A program made the position numbers and the translations under genes. The notes below the pieces were generated by a model, which worked only from the letters and a program-made list of their open reading frames with translations, had not been told where the DNA came from and ran no database searches. From Gammaproteobacteria bacterium RIFCSPHIGHO2_12_FULL_35_23 (GTDB lineage: Bacteria; Pseudomonadota; Gammaproteobacteria; UBA12402), in assembly GCA_001801465.1 (NCBI GenBank), contig MGXT01000014.1, positions 139,376-203,375 of the forward strand: 64,000 bases of DNA, in the 5' to 3' direction. Shown here in pieces: positions 1-11,300 of the stretch (position 1 is the stretch's first letter; every line of letters starts with the position of its first letter).

Positions 1-1
1 C

Positions 2-1153
2 CAGCAAACTGAGCATTTACATTTAGCCCCTCATGCTACGCACCGAAATGATTTAGATCATCAGTATTGTACAGAATGTATCATTCATGGCGATAATCTA
101 GATATTAAAAGTGTCAAACAAAAATTAGCTCGCTGGGGTAGCTCTTTTGTGATTGTAGGTGGCCGAAATAAAATTAAAATCCATATTCACACCAATGCAC
201 CAGATAAAGTATTTCGTGATGCCAATGCTTTTGGCGAATTACTTGAAACTAAAGCAGATGATATGTGGGCACAATATCGGGCTAACATTAACTTCTATCT
301 GAATAAACACGTTGCCTTAATTACTGATAGTTCTTGTAATCTACCTCAGGAATTAGTTGTTAAACATAACATTATTATGGTTCCTTTACAGATGATTATT
401 AATAATCAAGTATATTTAGATAAAGTAAATCTTTCTGCCACTGATTTTTTAGAAAAATTGACTGATCCAGATAATACTATTACTACTTCTCAGCCAGCTA
501 TTGCTGATATCAAGGTTGCTTTTAATAAAGGCTTCAGACAGTCCCCTATTGTTATTGGCATCTTTTTATCGGATAAATTAAGTGGTACTTATCGCAGTAT
601 CAACCAAATTGCTAAACAATATGAAGAAGATGAACTCTATGTTTATGATTCCCGTAATACTACCGGCGGCTTAGGATTAATAGTACTAGAAACTGCTAAA
701 GCTATTTATGAGGGTAAATCTGTTGCAAATATTAAAAAATCTATTTTAGATAATATCGCTTATACCACCACCTTTTTATCTTTTTCTACACTAAAATATG
801 CTATTAAAGGGGGACGAGTTAAAAAAACTTCTGGCTTTATCGCCAATTTCTTTAATCTTTTACCTGTTATGAAAATAGCTTCTTCCGGTAAGCCTGAAAA
901 AATCGGCATGAGTTTTGGTAAAAATGCTACTCAAAGAAAAATGATTAAAGCTGCGATAAAATATGCTAAATCATTTAAAGACCAAGAGCTTATTATAACC
1001 CATGTAGACTGTTTAGAAACTGCTCAAACCACTCAAAAACTTCTGCAAAGTAAATTCCCTCAAAAAAATATCTATATTGTTGAAACTACACCTATTTTAG
1101 CGACTCATTCAGGTCCAGGTACTTTATCTATTTCAGTATTAGGAAAAAATTAA
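2..1153 (+). CDS. DAK2(FakA-like C-terminal)-DegV(FakB) fusion protein, fatty-acid kinase/binding; 5'-truncated by window edge
   Basis: Frame is open from base 2 (QYCTECII...KIHIHTN, DAK2/FakA C-terminal motifs) into a DegV domain (ITDSS, TTSQP, LSGTY, THSGPG). Confidence 0.85.
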   Translation, partial: QQTEHLHLAPHATHRNDLDHQYCTECIIHGDNLDIKSVKQKLARWGSSFVIVGGRNKIKIHIHTNAPDKVFRDANAFGELLETKADDMWAQYRANINFYLNKHVALITDSSCNLPQELVVKHNIIMVPLQMIINNQVYLDKVNLSATDFLEKLTDPDNTITTSQPAIADIKVAFNKGFRQSPIVIGIFLSDKLSGTYRSINQIAKQYEEDELYVYDSRNTTGGLGLIVLETAKAIYEGKSVANIKKSILDNIAYTTTFLSFSTLKYAIKGGRVKKTSGFIANFFNLLPVMKIASSGKPEKIGMSFGKNATQRKMIKAAIKYAKSFKDQELIITHVDCLETAQTTQKLLQSKFPQKNIYIVETTPILATHSGPGTLSISVLGKN

Positions 1154-1253
1154 TCAATTTTATATCATGATTAATCAATCTTTTATTTATTTCCTGCTTT
1201 TTTTATAAAATCTTTTCATGCAAAATACAGTGATATTATAACAAGGGAAATAT

Positions 1254-1721
1254 ATGCCTGGGGAATCTCTTGCTTTACTTGAATTAATTCCTTGTAAAGC
1301 AACTTATACTGAACTAGCAAATAAATTGCTTAACTTGCTTAATGAAAAGTTAGGCTCCCCCTTTATTATTACCCAAAGAATTTTAGTCTGTTTACCTTAT
1401 TTTTATCTTGAACCCGCTGCTGACAAAACAGAAAAAGCGCTCTTAATTTTAAATAAATTAAGAGCCGATTATTATCTTAATTGCAATTGCCAAGTTGAGG
1501 GTAAATTTTTAATTGATTCAATAAATATTGAAGCGATTTTTATAATAGAAAGAACCAAAGATACTATTAACTATTTAGTGAAAGAAGATTTTATTACTGT
1601 GTTTCAAGAATTGATTGAAACCTCTCTTTCAACCTTAAGAACTTCCAGTTTATTTAGCCACAAAACAGCTGGTGCCTTACTACCTCCGCGCACTAGTCCA
1701 GCCACCGAATTGGTAATCTAG
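1254..1721 (+). CDS. hypothetical protein
   Basis: 155-aa ORF with upstream AAGGGA; no recognised motif. Confidence 0.55.
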   Translation: MPGESLALLELIPCKATYTELANKLLNLLNEKLGSPFIITQRILVCLPYFYLEPAADKTEKALLILNKLRADYYLNCNCQVEGKFLIDSINIEAIFIIERTKDTINYLVKEDFITVFQELIETSLSTLRTSSLFSHKTAGALLPPRTSPATELVI

Positions 1722-2152
1722 CTTGACAAAAACATCTTATCTGCTGTTTTTTTCAATCCAATCAACAAATCAAATACTAATGTCTTATTACCACCAAAAT
1801 CTGAAAAACCACTTAAAGAATAACTATAAATTAAAAGCGTAGACTGCTGCTCGTTTATCGAAAAAAACTGCACAATTAAATATCCAGGCCGTCTTAACAA
1901 TAAAGATTTATAAAGATAATGATAACGATGCTTTTTATCAGAAAAACTTCTTAACTTGATACGCGAATACTTGGCAATCATTGCCTTCCAAGCTGATTCG
2001 AGTTGCTCTATAGTATAATCAAATATTGGACTTTCTGGTTTAGAAAGTAATTTAAACATCCCTGAAGGGACTAATAAAAAATAATTGAGCCCTTTAGGAT
2101 ATTCAAACTGATTAAAATCAACTGCTTCAGGCAAAAGCATATTTTTACTCAT
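1718..2152 (-). CDS. DUF1499-like protein
   Basis: C-terminal STLLIYSYSLSGFSDFGGNK resembles the DUF1499 S-x-S-x-x-G-x-S-D-x-G-x-N motif; follows the SDR gene. Confidence 0.55.
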   Translation of the reverse strand: MSKNMLLPEAVDFNQFEYPKGLNYFLLVPSGMFKLLSKPESPIFDYTIEQLESAWKAMIAKYSRIKLRSFSDKKHRYHYLYKSLLLRRPGYLIVQFFSINEQQSTLLIYSYSLSGFSDFGGNKTLVFDLLIGLKKTADKMFLSS

Positions 2153-2155
2153 ACA

Positions 2156-2920
2156 CTATCTTTTATATAAACCGATTAATCGCACATACAAACTATTAGG
2201 TAAAATATTTAAAAACCTTACTAACCACGAAAACAACCAAGGAAAACAAATAAGTATTTTACGTTTTGCCAAACCATCGGCAATAATCTTGGCTGCCTTG
2301 TCTGCTGTCATTAAAAATGGCATGTAAAATTGATTTTTATCAGTAAGTGGGGTTTTAATAAATCCTGGACAAATCGTCGAAACCGTTATTTTAGTTTTAA
2401 TTAAAACAGCAGTCAGACCTTGTAACATACTGCGGACTGCCGCTTTTGAAGAACTATAAGCTTCAGCTCCCGGTAATCCACCAAACCCTGATAGGCTACA
2501 AACTACAGCAAGATGTCCTTGTTTTTGTGCTAAAAAATAATTTAGAACGGGTCCTATTCCATTGACAACGCCCAACACATTGACATTAATAGTTTCAGCA
2601 AAGCCTTGAGTAAAATTCGCTAATTTCGCATGTTGGCTAATCCCTGCATTAAGAATAACTATATCTAACTTATGAAATTTTTTTAAAATATTGTCTACTA
2701 CTTGTTTGTTTGCCTCTAAATCTGTTACGTCAAGCGTTTGAATAAAAACTCTATCGCTTGTCATTTCATTAGCTAATTTTTGTAAAGCCGTTTCATTTCT
2801 CCCTGAGATAACCAACGTTGCACCTCGCTGATAAAGCTCTTTTGTTAAGGCATAGCCAATGCCTGAAGAAGCACCTGTTATCCAAACTATTTTATTAGTA
2901 AAATAATTATTTTGATTCAT
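2156..2920 (-). CDS. SDR family oxidoreductase
   Basis: TGASSGIG, NAG, YSSSK motifs. Confidence 0.9.
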   Translation of the reverse strand: MNQNNYFTNKIVWITGASSGIGYALTKELYQRGATLVISGRNETALQKLANEMTSDRVFIQTLDVTDLEANKQVVDNILKKFHKLDIVILNAGISQHAKLANFTQGFAETINVNVLGVVNGIGPVLNYFLAQKQGHLAVVCSLSGFGGLPGAEAYSSSKAAVRSMLQGLTAVLIKTKITVSTICPGFIKTPLTDKNQFYMPFLMTADKAAKIIADGLAKRKILICFPWLFSWLVRFLNILPNSLYVRLIGLYKR

Positions 2921-2922
2921 AT

Positions 2923-3405
2923 TTAATCTCGAAAATTTTCAAATTGTAAGGGTAATTCTAATTTTTGGCTTCGCAGAAAAGCAATTACCTCTTGTAGATC
3001 ATCACGTTTTTTACCTGTCACTCTAATTTGATCCCCTTGAATACTAGCCTGCACTTTTAAATCTTGTTCTTTTATTACCTTGGTTACTTTTTTTGCGACC
3101 TCTTTATCAATACCTTGTTTAACTTTTACTTCTTGTTTTGCTTCATGCAAGCTAATGGTAGGTTTTTCAAATTCTAAAGAACGTAAATCTAAATTACGTT
3201 TAGCCATTTTATTTTGTAAAATATCAACCATTTGCTTTAATTGAAAATCAGTAGGTGCTGTTAAAACAATCATTAATTTATTCAGTACAAATTTTGCTCC
3301 GGTTCCTTTGAAATCAAATCGATTATCGATTTCTCGATTAGCTTGGTCTATTGCATTAGCCAATTCATGTTCATCAACTTTTGAAACAACATCAAATGAA
3401 GGCAT
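2923..3405 (-). CDS. yajQ: YajQ family nucleotide/c-di-GMP-binding protein
   Basis: MPSFDVVS...RFDFKG...GKKRDDLQ...FENFRD. Confidence 0.97.
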   Translation of the reverse strand: MPSFDVVSKVDEHELANAIDQANREIDNRFDFKGTGAKFVLNKLMIVLTAPTDFQLKQMVDILQNKMAKRNLDLRSLEFEKPTISLHEAKQEVKVKQGIDKEVAKKVTKVIKEQDLKVQASIQGDQIRVTGKKRDDLQEVIAFLRSQKLELPLQFENFRD

Positions 3406-3484
3406 TATTTTACTCCTCTGTTATCCCAATTAAGCAATTTATGATTATCAGCTTATCATACACGAGCTTTAGATTATTTAAAGA

Positions 3485-4540
3485 TTAAGGCGACATTAAT
3501 TCAAGTTGCGTGGATTTTTTTGATAAATCTGGCTTAAAACCAACCCCTAGCCCTAATAACCTAACTGGTCTATCTTGGCGAGTCAGCCCTTTTTTACATA
3601 AATTTTCATAAAGTTCTAATATAGGTTCTGTAGAACTTGCCTCAACAGTAGTTTGTTGAAAGTTACTAAATTTAATTTTAATAAACTGTTTATGAATGAT
3701 TAATTCCTGATGTTTTGCAAGTCTCGCTAGTAATTCTTCATAAAGAGCATGAATAGATTGCATACAGCCTTCTTGATCAGAAATATCTTGCACAAACGTA
3801 CACTCTACACTTAAAGATTTTCGTTCTCGGCAATTTTCAACAGGCCTTTCATCAATACCACGACAAAGTTCGTGTAAATGCTCCCCAAATCGTCCGAACT
3901 GTTCAACCAAATCATTAAAAGCAATGGATTGTAATTCTTTACAAGTAAAAATTCCTTTGCTCTCTAATTTCTGAGCAGTAATCTTACCCACTCCATGAAT
4001 TTTACTGACAGGTAATTGTAAAATAAACTGTCCCACTCTGTCAGGGGGAATAACAAATTGACCATCTGGTTTATGCCAATCACTAGCAATTTTTGCTAAA
4101 AACTTATTAGGTGCAATCCCTGCTGAAGCAGTTAATCGCTCACTATTAAAGATTCTCTCACGAATTTCTTTGGCAATTAAAGTCGCAATTCCATTATATT
4201 TAGGGGAATGACTAACATCTAAATAAGCTTCATCTAAAGATAAGGGTTCAATTATATCTGTATACTCTAAAAATATTTTTCTGATACTTTCAGCAACCAC
4301 TTTATATTTTTCTATATCAGGCTTTAATACTATTAAATCAGGACAAAGTTTTTTAGCGTAGGCTGTAGACATAGCAGAACGTACGCCAAATTTTCTGGCA
4401 AAATAATTACTAGTGCATAATACGCCTCTTTCTTTTTCACTACCTCCCACTGCTAGTGGTACTGTAGTTAACTCTGGGTTGTCGCGCATTTCAATGGCTG
4501 CATAAAAACAGTCCATATCAATATGAATAATTTTTCTCAT
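3485..4540 (-). CDS. dinB: DNA polymerase IV
   Basis: IHIDMDCFYA, SLDEAYLD, APNKFLAKIASD. Confidence 0.97.
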   Translation of the reverse strand: MRKIIHIDMDCFYAAIEMRDNPELTTVPLAVGGSEKERGVLCTSNYFARKFGVRSAMSTAYAKKLCPDLIVLKPDIEKYKVVAESIRKIFLEYTDIIEPLSLDEAYLDVSHSPKYNGIATLIAKEIRERIFNSERLTASAGIAPNKFLAKIASDWHKPDGQFVIPPDRVGQFILQLPVSKIHGVGKITAQKLESKGIFTCKELQSIAFNDLVEQFGRFGEHLHELCRGIDERPVENCRERKSLSVECTFVQDISDQEGCMQSIHALYEELLARLAKHQELIIHKQFIKIKFSNFQQTTVEASSTEPILELYENLCKKGLTRQDRPVRLLGLGVGFKPDLSKKSTQLELMSP

Positions 4541-4543
4541 AGA

Positions 4544-5137
4544 TTAAGCACTCAAACGTAATAATCCTATCATCACACCTTGAATAGTTATTCTTGTCGC
4601 TGGGTAATTTATCGCTTGCAGCAAAGCATTAGCAGGCTTTAAAGTAATCGTACCATCTTCATTATTATAAAAACGCTTTAAGGTAACTGCTTCGTTGTCT
4701 AACAAAGCAACTACGATTTCTCCGTTATGAGCTGTTTTAGCGTGCTCACAAATCACTAAATCCCCATCTAAAATACCTTCATCAACCATTGAGTCACCTT
4801 TCACCTTTAAGGCATAACGATTAGCACCAAGCAATAAGCAAGCCACATCCACTGTTTCAGGAATACTGACCGCTTCAATTGGTTTACCAGCAGCAATAAT
4901 CCCTAATAAAGGGATCTTTTCATCAAGATTAGGCATTAAAAGCTCAATATTCCTGTGCCTGCCAGGCACTAAGCTAATCAATCCTTCTTTAACCAAATGC
5001 TGAACATATCGATAAGCTACACCTCGAGATTTAACCCCTATTCCCTTAGCTATTTCAGCCATAGTAGGAGATAAGTTTTGTTTATCAATAAAATATTTAA
5101 TAAAATCAAATGTTTGCTTAGATTTCCGAGTCAACAT
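4544..5137 (-). CDS. lexA: SOS repressor LexA
   Basis: wHTH N-terminus, AAG cleavage site, GDSM catalytic Ser, TLK catalytic Lys; start MLTR chosen because GGAG lies 6 nt upstream (ORF track start 5149). Confidence 0.93.
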   Translation of the reverse strand: MLTRKSKQTFDFIKYFIDKQNLSPTMAEIAKGIGVKSRGVAYRYVQHLVKEGLISLVPGRHRNIELLMPNLDEKIPLLGIIAAGKPIEAVSIPETVDVACLLLGANRYALKVKGDSMVDEGILDGDLVICEHAKTAHNGEIVVALLDNEAVTLKRFYNNEDGTITLKPANALLQAINYPATRITIQGVMIGLLRLSA

Positions 5138-5140
5138 TTT

Positions 5141-5195
5141 GATCTCCATTTGTTCTCTTTATAATAGTATAGAGAACATATTGAGCACGAGTCAA
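5141..5195 (-). promoter_or_regulatory. lexA promoter (TTGACT-N18-TATACT) overlapped by two inverted GAAC-N7-GmwC putative LexA operators
   Basis: -35 at 5195-5190, -10 at 5171-5166; arms AGAGAACAAATGGAGATC (minus, 5158-5141) and AGAGAACATATTGAGCAC (plus, 5171-5188). Confidence 0.65.
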
Positions 5196-5342
5196 GATAA
5201 CTCTTATCAAAATAATTCAGGGGGCTATTATTTTCTTAAATATTGGTAATTTTTTTTACAGAAATAAGGATTTTTGTATCATTTATCAAACAATAAATGA
5301 TATAATTTTCAGGAATATAATAAGTATGCTTGGAAGTTAACT

Positions 5343-8300
5343 ATGCCACTCCTTGATGTAGATTTAAGTTTTTTTGAACAAGCAGTCCGTGAGTTACATG
5401 GCCAAGAAACTACTAGCTATTTAACTCGTCAAGGCGGCTCTCAAAATAAAAGATGGGGATTTTTAAAAATTCCTCGTTCAACTTTAAATCATAATAGAGC
5501 TCTCTATTACATATATTCTTTATCTAATCCCATAGGAAGCGGTTCTTTTGGTAATATTTATAAAGCTAGAACAGTCAGTGGCATTAATCCTTATACTGAT
5601 GAATTCGATCCAGAACAGTTAAAATCAGAAATACAATCTGCTTTTGATTTAAAGCCTTCAATGGTAGTTAAGTCTTATAAAAAAACAAGCTATAAAGATG
5701 CATTAGACACTGCAACACTAGAAGCTACACATCTAAGTCGTTTTTACTATAAAATGGAACCGCCCGTTTTTACCATTGATAAAGAAACCCATACAACTAG
5801 GGCTTTTTTAGCTTCTGAATTTATACCAGGAACAAATTTATATTTTTCAACACCTGTTCCTCAATTAAAAGATTTACCATTTCATAGAAGACTAGATTTA
5901 ATTACTAAACTTGTAATGCAAGTTGTATTAATTCATAGAAAGGGCCATATGGTTCATTCTGATTTGAAATCAGATAATGTCATAGTGAACTTTGAAACAG
6001 ATGACATCAGCCCACTTGACTTTGGCCTTAGCAAAGACATGCCATCAGCAGACCCTCTTAATCCTGATTTACTTATTCTAGCTGATGTCAAAGGTCATCC
6101 AAGCTTTTTTCCGCCAGAGACTCTCTTTAGAGAATATGGATTAAAAACTGACCTCTATATGGCCGTAAACCCTCTTTTAAGATTGCTAGGTATACCAAAC
6201 CCTAGTTTAACAAAACTTAGAACCGAAGATCTTGATGGAGAGGTATTTAAATCTCAAATTCCTTATGACACAACTGGAATTATCGATTCTGCGCCTGCTG
6301 AAATTGAAGGTATCAATATTAAAGAGTTGTTATTATCTTTTATTAATAGAATGCAAGACAATGATTATGCCAATAGACCAACCTCAGAAGAAGTATTAGC
6401 TTTTTTTAATACGCTCTATACATTAAATTTACTCCATCAATATTTACTATTAACAGCAACAGAAAGACCTGAGTCAGCTATCATGGGTGAGCTTAAGAGA
6501 AGAACAAGAAAAGAAGGCGACCCCGATACACCCTATCCCATTAGATCAGATGATGATTTAAGTGAGGAAATAAGAGCCACCTTAGCTAAATTAATTATTA
6601 TAAAACAGGGTCTAAATCATATCAAAGGCAAATTTAGCTATAAACTTCGTAATAATCGTGGCGAAGAGCTTCCTCCTGAGATACTTATTAAACCTTTTCA
6701 TAGCTATGACTATGCTAACCCAGAACTTTGCAGGATTATTATCAACTCTTATAAAATCACACCACCTCCTGAAGATACCTCAACTACTGCAACGCCTGAA
6801 TATACCTTAAAAGCTTTGTGTGAGGCTGATTTAGTTGAATTAGATGAGCTTCCTTATGATGAATTATTACAACTTTTTATTCTTAATGAAACAACTAGTT
6901 CAGCAATTAAAGCTCTTCTACTACATGACAAGACATCAGATCACTTAAAGGAGCTTAATTTAGCTACAAAAATCTCAATCTTGGTTAGCCTACTAAAAAA
7001 TGAAACTCATTTAACCTCGGAGACCAGAACTGAAACCGGATCAATTCCTGCCAAATTAAGCCAAAATGAAATTGATAGTATTATTACGAAAGTATGTGAT
7101 GCTATTAATGATAATTTAGATTTCAAAACTTTAACCGCCTTAAAAAAAGTAGAAATAATTATTCAACTTCTTCCTTTTCATGAAGCTACAGAAGATTTTA
7201 TCGATAAAATTATTAAGTCTTTTTCTTCTTCAGAATCTGAAGATAAACCTAGCTTTCATTATGCACTTGAGCAGGTAGTTTTTATTTTAGAAAATATACA
7301 TAATTTTAAATTTGAATGTAAGCAAGGAGAGGACGAAAGTAAGCTATTAGAATACAAAGTATTTTTTATACACAAATTTTATACTCGCTATAAAGAAGTA
7401 CTCATAGAAAAACACTATGCTTTGCCTCCAATGGGCTTATTTCAACAATTAATAGCTGTAAAAAAACTTCAAAGAATAGGACATGTAGCACTATTAAACC
7501 CTCAAGAACAGAATGAGCTTATTAGTACTATTACACACTTCATCAATATATATAACAGATATAGCCCTCAAGATCCTGCTCATATTAGTTTAAGAAAAAG
7601 TATTGAGCTACTACAATTAGTAACTGAAAATCGAGATTTATTTTCTCTTGAGGAATTTTCATTCTTTTTAACAACTCTCTATAAAATAGCTCTTTCCTCT
7701 CAACTTTCTAAACATTACCCAGATAATATTAATCTATTGATTTCTCTAGCAAGCCAAAAGGATGGTTTACTAGCAGCAGGAATATCTTCAGAGCAATATC
7801 AAGAAATTTGTAAAAAAGCATTCTCGTTAAATACTACTAGCGAAACAACTGTCTATACTGTCCCTATTACAGAAGATTTAGAATTATTAATAAAACTCAT
7901 ACAAAACAAAGACCTCTTAATAAGAAACAGCATTACGACAGATCAATATAATGCCTTATGTGAGGATACTGAATCAGTAATTATAACAAAACTAAAAAAC
8001 TTAACCTCAAGGTTCTTTTTTTTAGAGCCCTTAGAAAAATGCTCTTTACTAGTTTTACTAACCAAAAATAAAGATTACTTTATTGAAGGTGAAGGTACCA
8101 GCCAAGTTAATAAATTTAAATCATTATTTGACAAAATATATGATGGATTGACAGACAAAAATCTGCATAAAGGTTTTGATTTGTTTTTTACTTTAGTGAA
8201 AAATAAAGCTTTAATATTAAGAGAATATCAATTATCTGAAGAAATATTTAATTCACTTGCTGATGAATTTTTTACAAAAATTAATGCGGCTGACGACTTA

Positions 8301-11300
8301 AACGAAAATAATGAGCACGAACAATTATTTTTTCTGATTAACTTGATTAAATATAAAGCTTACTTAGAACTTGAAAAATTTACCCCGCTTTGTGAGAAAT
8401 TGACTAATTTATTTTCTACAATAGAACTTCATAAATCTTTTATTGGTAATACTAATTTATTGCTATACTTATTAGAAAATCTCTCTCTTTTTCATGGCAA
8501 TCAATTAGACGAAAATTTTCAAACGTTTTTTACTAAGATTTATAATCAACTTACTGCTTTTGACTCAGTGGCCGCCCTACATACTGGTGATGAAGCACTT
8601 GATAGAACAGATTTAGCCTTGTACTATAAAGATTTCGCACAGGCTTTAAAAAAATTAATCGAAAACAAATCCTTATTTGATACTCGTCAAGAGAATTTTT
8701 ATACCCTTTGTCGAAAGATAACCACTTTACTTAATGAACTACACCCGGAGATTATAAGTATTGAAGAAAATCTTGATTTACTTTTCTTCTTGTTAAATGA
8801 AAAAATCGCTCTACAGGGTAATCCAGAATTATCTGCCTTACTTAATACCTGTCTCAATAACATTATAGACTCAATAACTTTTAACCGCTTGTCATTACTT
8901 AATCCCAAACAAAGATTGGATATTTATTTCACTTTAACAAAAGAAAAGACCTTGTTTCCTGATCAAGATAAATATGACTCTTTTTACCAAGCAGTTTTAA
9001 ACTCACTACTATCATCTACATGTAGTGAAAATTTAAATCTTCTTATCTATTTAAACAAAGAGCGTCATACGATTACATCAAAATATGGAATTAATCCAGG
9101 ACAATATAGCGATCTTTATGCGCTCATATTTAAATATATAAACATCTCAATTAATTTTGAAGACATGGAGATTAATAAACCATCAATGGCAGATTTTCAA
9201 ATTAAAAGCTTTAATGAAGCTTTTAATTTACTTATCACTTATTCTAGTAATTTAACTTACTTAGTTGCAATTCCTGACTTAAATCCCATTGACATACCCA
9301 CAGAATCTGAAAAAGATTCTTGTTATAGCGAAGAAGAATATAGTGATTATTGCCATACTCTTTTTGTCAGTCTTCTCAACACGTTTTCCGTTAACGATAA
9401 CTTCAAAGTAAATTTAAATCATTTACTCATCTTATTAAAACATAAGTCTGTACTGACAATAAGTGATAAAAAAGACTCCAAAGGCAAGCCATTATTCAGT
9501 AAAATAAAATCGTTAACGACTAGAAGATATGAGGCTCTTTTTAATAAAATTATGTTAGCTCTTCAGGCTGCAGACTTGGATAAAATTTCTCTTAAAGAAA
9601 GCCTTTACTTATTACAAAATCTGGCAAAAAATTCCGCTTTATTTATCAGTGATGAAGAAAAATCTCTGGCGCAAACAACACTAAGATATACAATAAAGCA
9701 AAGTAAATATTTTACACGCCTTACCACAAATATTCATGCTTCTCTAGTTAATATCGATTTAGATAAAATTTCTAGTAAAGAAATTATAGAAACTTTAACA
9801 TTTTTAAAAATGAACGGGGGTTTATTCTTAAAATCTGGCAGCATGACTCAAGAAATGTTTAATGCCCTACAGCTAAAATTTACTAGCAAGCTTACGGATA
9901 ATATGGAGAACAATACTTACACAAAAAACTTTGCCTTATTTTGTCATTTTTTAAAACATAGTAAATACTTTTTATCAAAGAAAGAGCTATCAGATGCAGA
10001 TTATTTTTCCATGTTTAATCTTCTAGGGCAACATTTAAAAAATGAAAGTCGATTACCAGTTTCAGAAAGATTAGCCTTGCTTCATGTTTTTTCAGAAAAC
10101 TACTCTGTATTATTAGCCGCGAATTTTAGAAAAGTTTACATTAATCAGCGCTGGAATGATCATGTCTTTCTTCCAGCTGACATCACTTTTAGAGGTGATC
10201 CGTCTCCTTATCTTAAAGCTTTATATAATTTAATCTCTGAAAAAAGATTATTAACTCGAAAAGAAAAAGATCTTTTTACTCATGAGGAATATTATCCAGT
10301 ATTAACTGAAGAACAATATACCTCCTTAATTAGCAAATTTGAGGGATTTTTTGATACTTTTGAGCTAGAGGAATGCACATTAGAACAAAAATTTAGATGT
10401 TTAATACAGCTAGATGGCATTAACTCCTTACCATCTGACATTCTACAGGCAAAACGAGCTTCTTTAACACAAACACTACTTGCTTCTTTAATAAATCTAA
10501 AGTCGATTATTGCGTTAGCTAAGCTACGTAATAGTCTAGAGGCTAGTGAAATAACTAAATTTGATATGCTCTATATGAGCATAATCCAATCTTTTCTATC
10601 GCAAATTTCAACCAAACCTAGAGAAGATAAGGTTAAATTTTTAGGATTTTTACTAGAAAATCATGATTATTTTAAAACTATTCTAGATATAGCTGGCTTT
10701 AATACTGCTATTAGAAATACATTAAATGAAGTTGTTACAATTTCACAAGACCAAGCAAGCGCAGAATCTACTCCAACTCAGCCATTACTACTGGCTCTAT
10801 CAAGTAAATCTTATATTAGTTTATTTCTCAAAGGTCTCCCTGCTGAGCTTCCTTATATGGCAAAAAAATTAGTCAATCATGTTGCACAAGAACCTTTTTC
10901 TACTGACCTATTATTTAATTTACTAGCCTTAAGCAAAAATTTTGGAGCCTCTACACAAAGCAATCTATTTAAACTTTTAATCACCACTCTAGATACAGAA
11001 AAAAAGCTATTCGAGACTTGGAAAACTTTAATTAAAGAAAGACATCGTATAATTCTATTGATTGGTGAAGATGTGTATGGCTCTTTTCTAACGGTGGATA
11101 GTTTTTTAAAAAGAACTTTGTTAAATTCACTTTTTCTAGAAAAAGCTGGTAGCGGTGAGGGTGCTGCTCAAATAAGTTCAGAAGCACCAACTTCAAGTCT
11201 TGTTAATAAGATAGTAATAGAAGGTACTATTAAAGCAGCTATAGAAAGCACTATCGAATATTTAATGGATAAAATATTTTTAGAAGACGATCAATACACA

